A DNA stretch of 32,000 nucleotides from sequence record CM065894.1; one strand, written 5' to 3'. Position numbers and translations under genes: made by a program. This document shows, piece by piece, positions 22,511 through 32,000 of this stretch; position 1 is the first letter of the stretch; each line of letters starts with the position of its first letter. Below the pieces are notes generated by a model that saw only the letters and a list, made by a program, of their open reading frames with translations, did no database searches and was not told where the DNA came from.

Positions 22511-23923
22511 CTTAATTAAGGGTTTTGTATTTGGTTTTTGTTTTTTTGTTGATTTGGTCAATCTTTAATGTATTTCTTTTGTTGCTTAAATTCACTTTGA
22601 TACAAATAAAATAATAGTGCTAAAGCCGTGGCAAAATTAGTACATGTAGTAAAATCAGATTTTTTACCTTTTTATTTTTTACTTCACAAGTTATTATTCC
22701 ACAAAATTTAATTAATGAAGTTTTAGATGACAAAAATTTTGAATAATGTTTTTATCGATTTAAAAACTTTTCCTATTTTATGAAACTTATTGCAAAAATT
22801 CGCACATTTTTCAAATAGTTCAACCCAATTATAAGTTTCAGACTTTTTTGTAATAATTTTTCTTCTAAAAAAACAAAGTCAAATATGTTATGGATATTTT
22901 CTTAAAATTTTTATAAAAAAGCTATTAGTAAGCTTTATTTTTTGTAATAGTCGTCTTATAAGCGTTATTTTATCGTGAAAAAAGCAAAAAGTGATGTGTT
23001 TTGATAAAATACAAAAAAAATCCCCATATTAAAATGAGTCTCAATGGTAGTAAATTTTTTATTTTTCTGGTATTCATTACCATATACAAGAAAATGTTAC
23101 CCGAGTTTGAAAAACAAAATTAAGTTTTTTATAAAGTAAAAATAGTTATTAAAATAATTTTTTAATAAATTTATATTTTCTTTTGACCCAAAACATCTTT
23201 TTGTAGCTCAATACTTAATGGTCTATAATATTTAAATACTGCACCATAATCAAGGTTTTTTTCTTTCACACTTTCACAAATTTTCATAATGTCTTTTAAT
23301 TTTTGTTTTATTTATTTTGATCATCTATTTTTTTTATCTATTTAACTTTTACCAGCATTTTTTTTTCGCTTGGTTTTTCGATAATATTTTTAATTAAATT
23401 AAATTTTAATTAGTTAATATAAAGGAAGTCAAACAGAAACCACAAATATGAAGTGATGTTTAAAACAATGATCCAAGTAAAACGGGATAAAAACTGCTAG
23501 ACAGTTGAATAATTTTCCAAAGAATTTTTTTTTTAAACGTTCTCTCATCTAAAGAGCCAACTTATGTAGAAACTCAATTTGTCATAACGCTCAAAAAAAA
23601 ACATCGTATTTTATTTTTGTTATTGAATGAGAAACAACTTTTTTATTTTATTTAATTTTAAGAAAATTTTGAAAGTAAATGAAACAACTTTTTAAAAAAG
23701 TATACAAAATTATTTTATTTTTTATATGTGTTTTGAGGCTATGATGCCGTGTTTAAGTCTAGCATTACAAAAAAAATACAAGATAAGCTTAAATATATTT
23801 AAGCTTATCTTGTATTTTAAAAAAGATTTCTAGTCACTTTTAATTAACTACGTTTTTATGTGATTAATAATCTACGATCGATATAGTATATTTCAGCTTT
23901 AATTATGTCTAGCTTTTATTTAA

Positions 23924-23964
23924 TTTTTTTCAAATTATGAATAAAATTCATAATTTGAAAAAAA
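23924..23964 (-). terminator. 19-bp-stem hairpin about 65 nt downstream of rbcL
   Basis: 23924-23942 (tttttttcaaattatgaat) is the exact reverse complement of 23946-23964, with loop AAA. A second perfect palindrome lies at about 23774-23818. The role as the rbcL 3' end element is inferred from position. Confidence 0.55.
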
Positions 23965-24027
23965 TTAAATAAATCATAAAAAAATAATTTTAAGATATTC
24001 TAATCTATTTAGATTTTTTAGAAAAAA

Positions 24028-25455
24028 TTATAATTTGTCAATAGTATCAAATTCAAACTTAATTTCTTTCCAAACTTCACATGCGGCAGCTAATTCAGGA
24101 CTCCATTTGCAAGCTGCACGAATAACGTCTCCACCTTCACGAGCAAGATCGCGTCCTTCATTACGAGCTTGTGTACAAGCTTCTAATGCTACACGGTTTG
24201 CAGCTGCACCTGGTGCATTACCCCAAGGGTGACCTAAAGTACCACCACCAAATTGTAAACAAGCATCATCACCAAAAATTTCTACTAAAGCTGGCATATG
24301 CCATACGTGGATACCACCAGAAGCTACTGGCATTACACCAGGAAGAGATACCCAATCTTGAGTAAAGTAAACACCACGGCTACGATCTTTTTCAATATAA
24401 TCATCACGCATTAAGTCTACAAAACCTAAAGTTACTTCTCGTTCACCTTCTAGTTTTCCTACAACAGTTCCAGAATGAAGATGATCTCCACCAGATAAAC
24501 GAAGAGCTTTTGCTAAAACACGGAAGTGCATACCATGATTTCTTTGGCGATCAATTACAGCATGCATTGCTCTGTGAATATGAAGTAATAATCCATTATC
24601 ACGACAGAAATGAGCTAAACTAGTGTTTGCAGTAAACCCACCAGTAATATAATCGTGCATAACAATTGGCATACCAAGATCTTTAGCAAATTGTGCACGT
24701 TTCATCATTTCTTCACAAGTTCCAGCAGTAGCGTTTAAATAGTGACCTTTAATTTCACCTGTTTCCGCTTGAGATTTATAAATAGCTTCTGCTACGAATA
24801 AGAAACGGTCTCTCCAACGCATAAATGGTTGTGAGTTTACGTTTTCATCATCTTTTGTAAAATCTAAACCACCACGTAAACATTCATAAACTGCTCGACC
24901 ATAGTTTTTAGCTGAAAGACCTAATTTAGGTTTAATAGTACAGCCTAAAAGACCACGTCCGTATTTGTTTAATTTGTCTCGTTCTACTTGAATTCCGTGA
25001 GGAGGTCCTTGGAAAGTTTTTACATATGCTGGTGGAATACGTAAATCTTCAAGACGTAATGCACGAAGAGCTTTAAAACCAAAAACGTTTCCTACGATAG
25101 ATGTAAATAAGTTTGTTACAGATCCTTCTTCAAATAAATCTAAAGGGTAGGCAACATACGCGATATATTGGTTATCTTCACCTGCAACTGGTTCGATATC
25201 ATAACAACGGCCTTTATATTTGTCTAAACTAGTTAATCCGTCAGTCCATACAGTAGTCCAAGTACCAGTTGAAGATTCAGCTGCAACTGCTGCACCACAT
25301 TCCTCTGCTGGAACACCAGATTGAGGAGTCATACGAAAAGCTGCAAGAATATCAGTTTCTTTTACTTGATAATCTGGAGTGTAGTAAGTTAATCGGTAAT
25401 CTTTTACACCTGCTTTAAAGCCAGCACCGGCTTTAGTTTCAGTTTGTGGAGCCAT
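24028..25455 (-). CDS. rbcL: RuBisCO large subunit (form IB)
   Basis: 475-aa ORF starting [29 protein letters not shown], with the active-site region [23 protein letters not shown]. It is uninterrupted and divergent from atpB, as in most green plastids. Confidence 0.99.
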   Translation of the reverse strand: MAPQTETKAGAGFKAGVKDYRLTYYTPDYQVKETDILAAFRMTPQSGVPAEECGAAVAAESSTGTWTTVWTDGLTSLDKYKGRCYDIEPVAGEDNQYIAYVAYPLDLFEEGSVTNLFTSIVGNVFGFKALRALRLEDLRIPPAYVKTFQGPPHGIQVERDKLNKYGRGLLGCTIKPKLGLSAKNYGRAVYECLRGGLDFTKDDENVNSQPFMRWRDRFLFVAEAIYKSQAETGEIKGHYLNATAGTCEEMMKRAQFAKDLGMPIVMHDYITGGFTANTSLAHFCRDNGLLLHIHRAMHAVIDRQRNHGMHFRVLAKALRLSGGDHLHSGTVVGKLEGEREVTLGFVDLMRDDYIEKDRSRGVYFTQDWVSLPGVMPVASGGIHVWHMPALVEIFGDDACLQFGGGTLGHPWGNAPGAAANRVALEACTQARNEGRDLAREGGDVIRAACKWSPELAAACEVWKEIKFEFDTIDKL

Positions 25456-25565
25456 TTATTTTACAAAATTGTCAAAAATTGTCACGATCATATAATCTAC
25501 CCGTTTCAAATTTAATTTGACGAAGAATTTACTAAGGTTTTATTCCGAAATATTGTTTAAAATTA

Positions 25566-25817
25566 GGGGTCGCTCAGCTACTTTTGAGCTCACTCAGCAA
25601 CTATGCTTTTTGGTGCCACCAAAGGCAACTTTGGCGAAGTTATACTTTTTTTGATAAAGGGTTGTAAGTTTGATTCTACAAAGTAGAATCAAACCAATTA
25701 CTGTAGCTTATTTCATAAAAAAAGGCCAAAAAATAGTATAATTAATTATACTAAGTCTATTTAATTATACTTTGTCTAATTAAATTTACAACTACCGTTT
25801 TCGAAAAAAACGGTAGT
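25566..25817. repeat. SDR island upstream of rbcL
   Basis: Hairpin D at 25659-25706, then ttaattatactttgtctaattaaatttacaac and hairpin 25793-25817. Confidence 0.85.
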
Positions 25818-26235
25818 AAATATTGTATGCATATTATTTTGTAATATGCAAATAATATCTTCTTTATCAATAAATTCAAATAATTTATAGTTTAACTAAA
25901 AAAATTATACCATAAATGAAAAAAAACTTTTTTTTACCAAAAAATATAAATTTAGAACTTGTTTTTAATGTTAATAAAAATTATATCACAAATTAATAAA
26001 TTTTTATAAAAAAATTTTTATAATTATTTTTAATAAAATATTATGTTGTTGGAGATTTGAAAAAAGTGTAATTTAAAATTAATTTAAGTCTTAAATTATT
26101 TTTTTACGAATTTTGTTATCAAATTAGCTAAACGGCTAGGACAACTAAATTTTTCAGTTATTTTCCTTTAATAAAGTTTTTAAATAAGTAAGTGTGAATA
26201 AAAAGTAAAACTTACCAGGTTAAAATAATTATTTT

Positions 26236-27362
26236 GGAGCGAAGCTACTGAAGCTTATCTCTAAAATTTCAGCTATGTAGCTGTTTTAATTCTACGTTGT
26301 AGAATCAAAACTAACAAAACTCTTTGCCAAACAACTTTGTTGTTTGGCCCTTTGGTAGGATTTAGGTTAGATTTCAGTAGTGAAACAATAATAAAAATAA
26401 AAGATTTTTATAATAGGTCGTTTCACGACTGATGAAATAAGCCTGCAGTAAGCACTTTGTGCCAACAAAGGCCAAAAGGTTGTTTCACTACTGAAATCTA
26501 ACCTGAACCCAACCTTACTACGTTAGTAGCGAAGCAACCCTTTATTAAAAAAAGCTATGCTTTTTTTAATTAGGTAGCTTCGCTACTGATGTCTATACAA
26601 AGTATAGACCTGCCAAACAACAAAGTTGTTTGGTTGGAAATAAGCCTGCAGCTTATTTCATAAGCAAAGGCCAAAGGGGCCTTTGTTGGCACAAAGTGCT
26701 TACTGCAGTAGCGAAGTAAACCCTTTATTAAAAAAAGCTATGCTTTTTTTAATTAGGTAGCTTCGCTACTGATGAAATAAGCCTGCAGCTTATTTCATAA
26801 GCAAAGGCCAAAGGGGCTTATTTCCAACCAAACAACTTTGTTGTTTGGCAGGTCTATACAAAGTATAGACATCAGTAGTTGATAAAATTAAATAAAATTT
26901 AATTTTTTTTTACTACCTGTTATAAAAATCGAAGATTTTTATTATTGTAAGTTTGATTCTACAAAGTAGAATCAAACCAACTACAGGTCTATACTTTGTA
27001 TAGACATTAGTCGTAAAACGACCTGTTATAAAAATCTTTCATTTTTATTATTGTTTCACTTTGAAATCAAAAGTTTTGTTTCCAAACCCAACCTTTGATT
27101 TTAGCTATGCTAAAATCAAAGGTAGGTTTCTAATTAACGAACTAAGTAGTCTGATTGCAAACATAACCAAACGTTAATAACCTAAGCTTTCACTTTTTTA
27201 TAACAAAGCTAGGTTAAAAAAAATTTTGTAGTTGGTTTCGTTATACTGTATATAATGAAACTCATAACCCTGCAGATTTTTTTTCTAAGATTTGAGCGTA
27301 GCTCAAATCAAAGGTTTCGGTTAGATTTCAGCAAAGCTGAAATCTTAGAAACCCTACCAAAA
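26236..27362. repeat. Largest SDR island (rbcL-atpB spacer), containing a 286-bp TIR-bounded composite
   Basis: Dense chain of modules. 26583-27075 is an inverted copy of 31205-31692. 26588-26645 and 26816-26873 are 58-bp inverted termini. Confidence 0.93.
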
Positions 27363-28030
27363 TATATTACGTAATTTTAATATACTTTGGATGTTATAAA
27401 ATACAAGTACTTCATTTGAATATATTTTAATAATATGATAAACTTTATCTATTAGGTGACAACATAAAAAATAAAATATTTTGTAATAAAAGCTAGCTTT
27501 TACATTGCTTATTTTTATTATATATTTATATAATAAAATTTATAGGTAATTTTTTTATTGGCATTATCGCAAGATTTTTTTTTTAAATTGATATTTACCA
27601 AATATTTTATTTCGTATATACTAAAACATAATTAAAATAATTACAATATTATATATTAAGTATTTTACTTAAATAAATATTAAGTAATAATATACCAAAA
27701 GATTTTTTTTTCTACTAATCTTCTTTTATTACCGTTGAAAATTTTGGTTTCAATTTTGGTTGAAAAACTAGTAAGGTCTCGTTGCTTTTCTAAGATTTTT
27801 GAAATTACAAGCTTTTTTTGTAATTTCAAAAATCTTGGAGCTACGCTTAATTTTTTAAGAAACTTTTAGCCAAATAACTAAGGTATTTGATTAAAAGCTT
27901 TTTAAAAAACGCTAAAGCAATACTTATAGCTTATTGGTTTTAAGTAATTTTTTTTCGGAAAAAAATTTACAAAATTAAAAAACGTGTAAAACTTAGGAAA
28001 ATAATTTTAATATTCTTTCTAAATAAATAA

Positions 28031-29515
<1,485 letters not shown>

Positions 29516-29575
29516 AGAAAATTAATATTATTCTTATAGTAATTTAAAAAAAATTTTTAATTATTTCTTTATACG

Positions 29576-29782
29576 TTAGACCTTTGGCCTTTGCTTATGA
29601 AATAAGCTGCAGGCTTATTTCATCAGTAGCGAAGCTACCTAATTAAAAAAAGCTATGCTTTTTTTAATAAAGGGTTGCTTCGCTACTAACGTAGTAAGGT
29701 TGGGTTTCGTTTCGAAACTCTACCAAATGGCAAAAAGAAAAAAGCCTTACAAGTTGGCTACAAAATTTTTTTCTTACCAAAT
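29576..29782. repeat. SDR island inside the atpB-atpE spacer
   Basis: The three-module block at 29578-29705 is the reverse complement of 19695-19821, and its parts recur at 26505-26587, 26709-26816 and 31458-31568. Confidence 0.92.
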
Positions 29783-29842
29783 CAACATCAAAAACAAATA
29801 TTTTGTTGAATTATATTTTTAATTAATTTATAAATTAAAACA

Positions 29843-30247
29843 ATGAGTTTACAAGTTTGTATTATGACGCCTGATCGAATTTTTTGGAATGATCAAGCAG
29901 AAGAAATTATTTTACCGACCAATACAGGTCAAATGGGCGTATTAGCAAATCATGCTCCACTAATCACCGCATTAGATATTGGAGTAATGCTAATTAGAAC
30001 AAAAAAAGATTGGATTTCACTGGCATTAATGGGTGGTTTTGCTTTAGTTAAACAAAACCAAATTACAGTTTTAGTAAATGAAGCTGAATCTAGCGAAACT
30101 ATTGAAACCGAACAAGCAGAAAGCGCGTTTAATGATGCAAAAGCTCAACTAGATCAAGCTGAGGGTCAAAAACAAAAAGTGGAAGCAAACTTTGTTTTTA
30201 AGCGAGCGCGAGCAAGATATCAAGTTATAAAAAAATCTCTTAAATAA
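29843..30247 (+). CDS. atpE: ATP synthase CF1 epsilon subunit
   Basis: 134-aa ORF whose N-terminus MSLQVCIMTPDRIFWNDQAEEIILPTNTGQMGVLANHAPLITALDIGVM is typical of epsilon. It follows atpB. Confidence 0.95.
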   Translation: MSLQVCIMTPDRIFWNDQAEEIILPTNTGQMGVLANHAPLITALDIGVMLIRTKKDWISLALMGGFALVKQNQITVLVNEAESSETIETEQAESAFNDAKAQLDQAEGQKQKVEANFVFKRARARYQVIKKSLK

Positions 30248-30301
30248 ATTTTTTATTTATTTAAATAAGATATGTATTTTAAAATATAGTTTTTTAAGTA
30301 T

Positions 30302-30346
30302 TTGTTTTAATAAATATAGTTTAAAAAGCTATATTTATTAAAACAA
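30302..30346 (+). terminator. 18-bp-stem hairpin 55 nt downstream of atpE
   Basis: 30302-30319 (ttgttttaataaatatag) is the exact reverse complement of 30329-30346, with a 9-nt loop. Confidence 0.5.
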
Positions 30347-30396
30347 TTTAAATAAATTGCTTTATAAATATATATATATATAATAAATATATATTA

Positions 30397-30468
30397 TCCT
30401 CAGTAGCTCAGTGGTAGAGCGATCGGCTGTTAACCGATTTGTCGTAGGTTCAAGTCCTACCTGGGGAG
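30397..30468 (+). tRNA. trnN: tRNA-Asn (anticodon GUU)
   Basis: TCCTCAGTAGCTCAGTGGTAGAGCGATCGGCTGTTAACCGATTTGTCGTAGGTTCAAGTCCTACCTGGGGAG. Anticodon arm is ATCGG-CTGTTAA-CCGAT. It is nearly identical in layout to plastid trnN-GUU. Confidence 0.93.
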
Positions 30469-30673
30469 TTTATAGACATTTTTTATATTGTCTAACCATT
30501 ATTATTTATTGAAAATTAATCTGTTGTTTAACATATTCATATTAATATATGAATTAAAAACTTTTTTAAAATTTATTAGCTTCACATTTTTATTAGCTTT
30601 ACATTTTTATTAGCTATATTTAGTTATAGCTGTTATTATAAAAAATAATAAAATAAAATATACCTTTTATATT

Positions 30674-31045
30674 ATGCCTACTATTCCACAATTAATTAGA
30701 TCTGCAAGAAAAGATATTTCTAAAAAAACTAAATCACCCGCTTTAAAATCATGTCCTCAAAAACGAGGCGTTTGCACAAAAGTGTATACTATTACTCCGA
30801 AAAAGCCTAATTCCGCTTTAAGAAAAGTTGCAAGAGTTAAACTCACATCTAAATTTGAAGTAACAGCTTATATTCCAGGTATTGGACATAATCTTCAAGA
30901 ACATTCTGTAGTACTAATTCGTGGAGGAAGGGTCAAAGATTTACCTGGTGTTCGATATCATATAGTTAGAGGAACGTTAGACACAGTAGGAGTAAAAAAC
31001 CGTGTTCAAGGTCGATCAAAATATGGTGTAAAACGACCAAAATAA
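30674..31045 (+). CDS. rps12: 30S ribosomal protein S12 (contiguous, not trans-spliced)
   Basis: 123-aa ORF with [13 protein letters not shown] ... [18 protein letters not shown] ... [11 protein letters not shown], the canonical S12 sequence. Confidence 0.98.
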   Translation: MPTIPQLIRSARKDISKKTKSPALKSCPQKRGVCTKVYTITPKKPNSALRKVARVKLTSKFEVTAYIPGIGHNLQEHSVVLIRGGRVKDLPGVRYHIVRGTLDTVGVKNRVQGRSKYGVKRPK

Positions 31046-31074
31046 AGAACAATTTTAATAAATCTAAGATTTAC

Positions 31075-31762
31075 TAATTGATTTAATTCTACTTCTAAGC
31101 TTTGCCACAAAGCTTGAAAGTAGAATTAAACCAACTACTATAAGATTTTCTTACTAACCTTACTTTATTAAGCATAGAATTTTGTTTTATACTTGGGTTT
31201 CGGTTAGATTTTACTAGTGAAACAATAATAAAAATCAAAGATTTTTATAACAGGTTGTTTCACGACTGATGTCTATACAAAGTATAGACCTGTAGTTGGT
31301 TTGATTCTACTTTGTAAAATCAAACTTACAATAATAAAAATCTTCGATTTTTATAACAGGTAGTAAATAAAATTAAATAAAATTTAATTTTATCAACTAC
31401 TGATGTCTATAAAAAATATAGACCTCCCAGACAACAAAGTTGTTTGGTTGGAAATAAGCCCCTTTGGCCTTTGCTTATGAAATAAGCTGCAGGCTTATTT
31501 CATCAGTAGCGAAGCTACCTAATTAAAAAAAGCATAGCTTTTTTTAATAAAGGGTTTACTTCGCTACTGCAGTAAGCACTTTGTGCCAACAAAGGCCCCT
31601 TTGGCCTTTGCTTATGAAATAAGCTGCAGGCTTATTTCCAACCAAACAACTTTGTTGTTTGGCAGGTCTATACTTTGTATAGACATCAGTAGCTTCGCTA
31701 CTAACGTAGTAAGGTTGGGTTTCTAAGATTTCACTACTGAAATCTTAGAAACCCTACCAAAG
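31075..31762. repeat. SDR island filling the rps12-rps7 spacer
   Basis: 31205-31692 is an inverted copy of 26583-27075. The terminal module at 31702-31760 is related to 6479-6545. Confidence 0.93.
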
Positions 31763-31974
31763 AGCCTTTAGCTTTAAAATTAAGTCTTTTACGAAAAATT
31801 CAAAAATATAATTATTTTTTGTATAAAAAACTAAAAAATTTAGTGATAAATCTATATTTTATAGCTTAGTAGCTCGACTTTTTTTTTGAGTACTGTCACT
31901 ACAAACGTAACAATAAACTAAATATTGTTACATTCTAAATATTAAAATGATGTAAATAATGGAGCTTATATTTT

Positions 31975-32000
31975 ATGTCTCGTCGATATACCCCTAAAAA
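31975..32000 (+). CDS. rps7: 30S ribosomal protein S7, 5' end only (runs off the window)
   Basis: The ATG at 31975 is preceded by GGAG (31961-31964). It translates to MSRRYTPK, and plastid S7 proteins start MSRR. Its position after rps12 matches the conserved rps12-rps7 pair. Only 8 codons are visible. Confidence 0.55.

Noticed and set aside
24035-24365. Two plus-strand ORFs (65 and 64 aa)
   Set aside because: They are antisense within rbcL.
26588-26873. Autonomous transposon or IS element
   Set aside because: Terminal inverted repeats are present, but there is no ORF of any size and no clear target-site duplication. It is kept only as a non-autonomous or recombinational composite in the findings.

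Overview
This window is chloroplast DNA from a green alga. The gene content fits a core-chlorophyte plastid: form IB rbcL, cysA, accD, psaI, a contiguous rps12 and an intron-less atpF. I can support 15 protein genes: psbD, psbC, rps2-atpI-atpH-atpF-atpA, psaI (too short for the ORF track), cysA, accD, rbcL, atpB-atpE, rps12 and the first codons of rps7. psbC is split by a group I intron that carries a free-standing GIY-YIG homing-endonuclease ORF. There are four tRNA genes: trnT-UGU, trnS-GCU, trnN-GUU and a trnI-CAU-like gene. I found no defence, secretion or biosynthetic protein system, no CRISPR array and no transposase. What the gene list does not explain is that nearly every large spacer is filled with a modular population of hairpin-forming short dispersed repeats, in at least 15 stem families by eye. 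Paralogous copies show several signs of active turnover:
- filled versus empty sites, where one palindrome sits in the loop of another
- loop-only inversions with fixed flanks
- hairpin-sized indels
- a 286-bp composite with 58-bp terminal inverted repeats
- a ~0.5-kb inverted pair bracketing atpB-atpE-trnN-rps12

Gene-level oddities are a TTG start for psbD and a non-ATG start plus a ~200-aa C-terminal tail on accD. cysA carries an insertion and has a short C-terminus, and the trnI-CAU-like tRNA has a 15-nt variable region. All identities and similarities were judged by eye; nothing was searched against a database.
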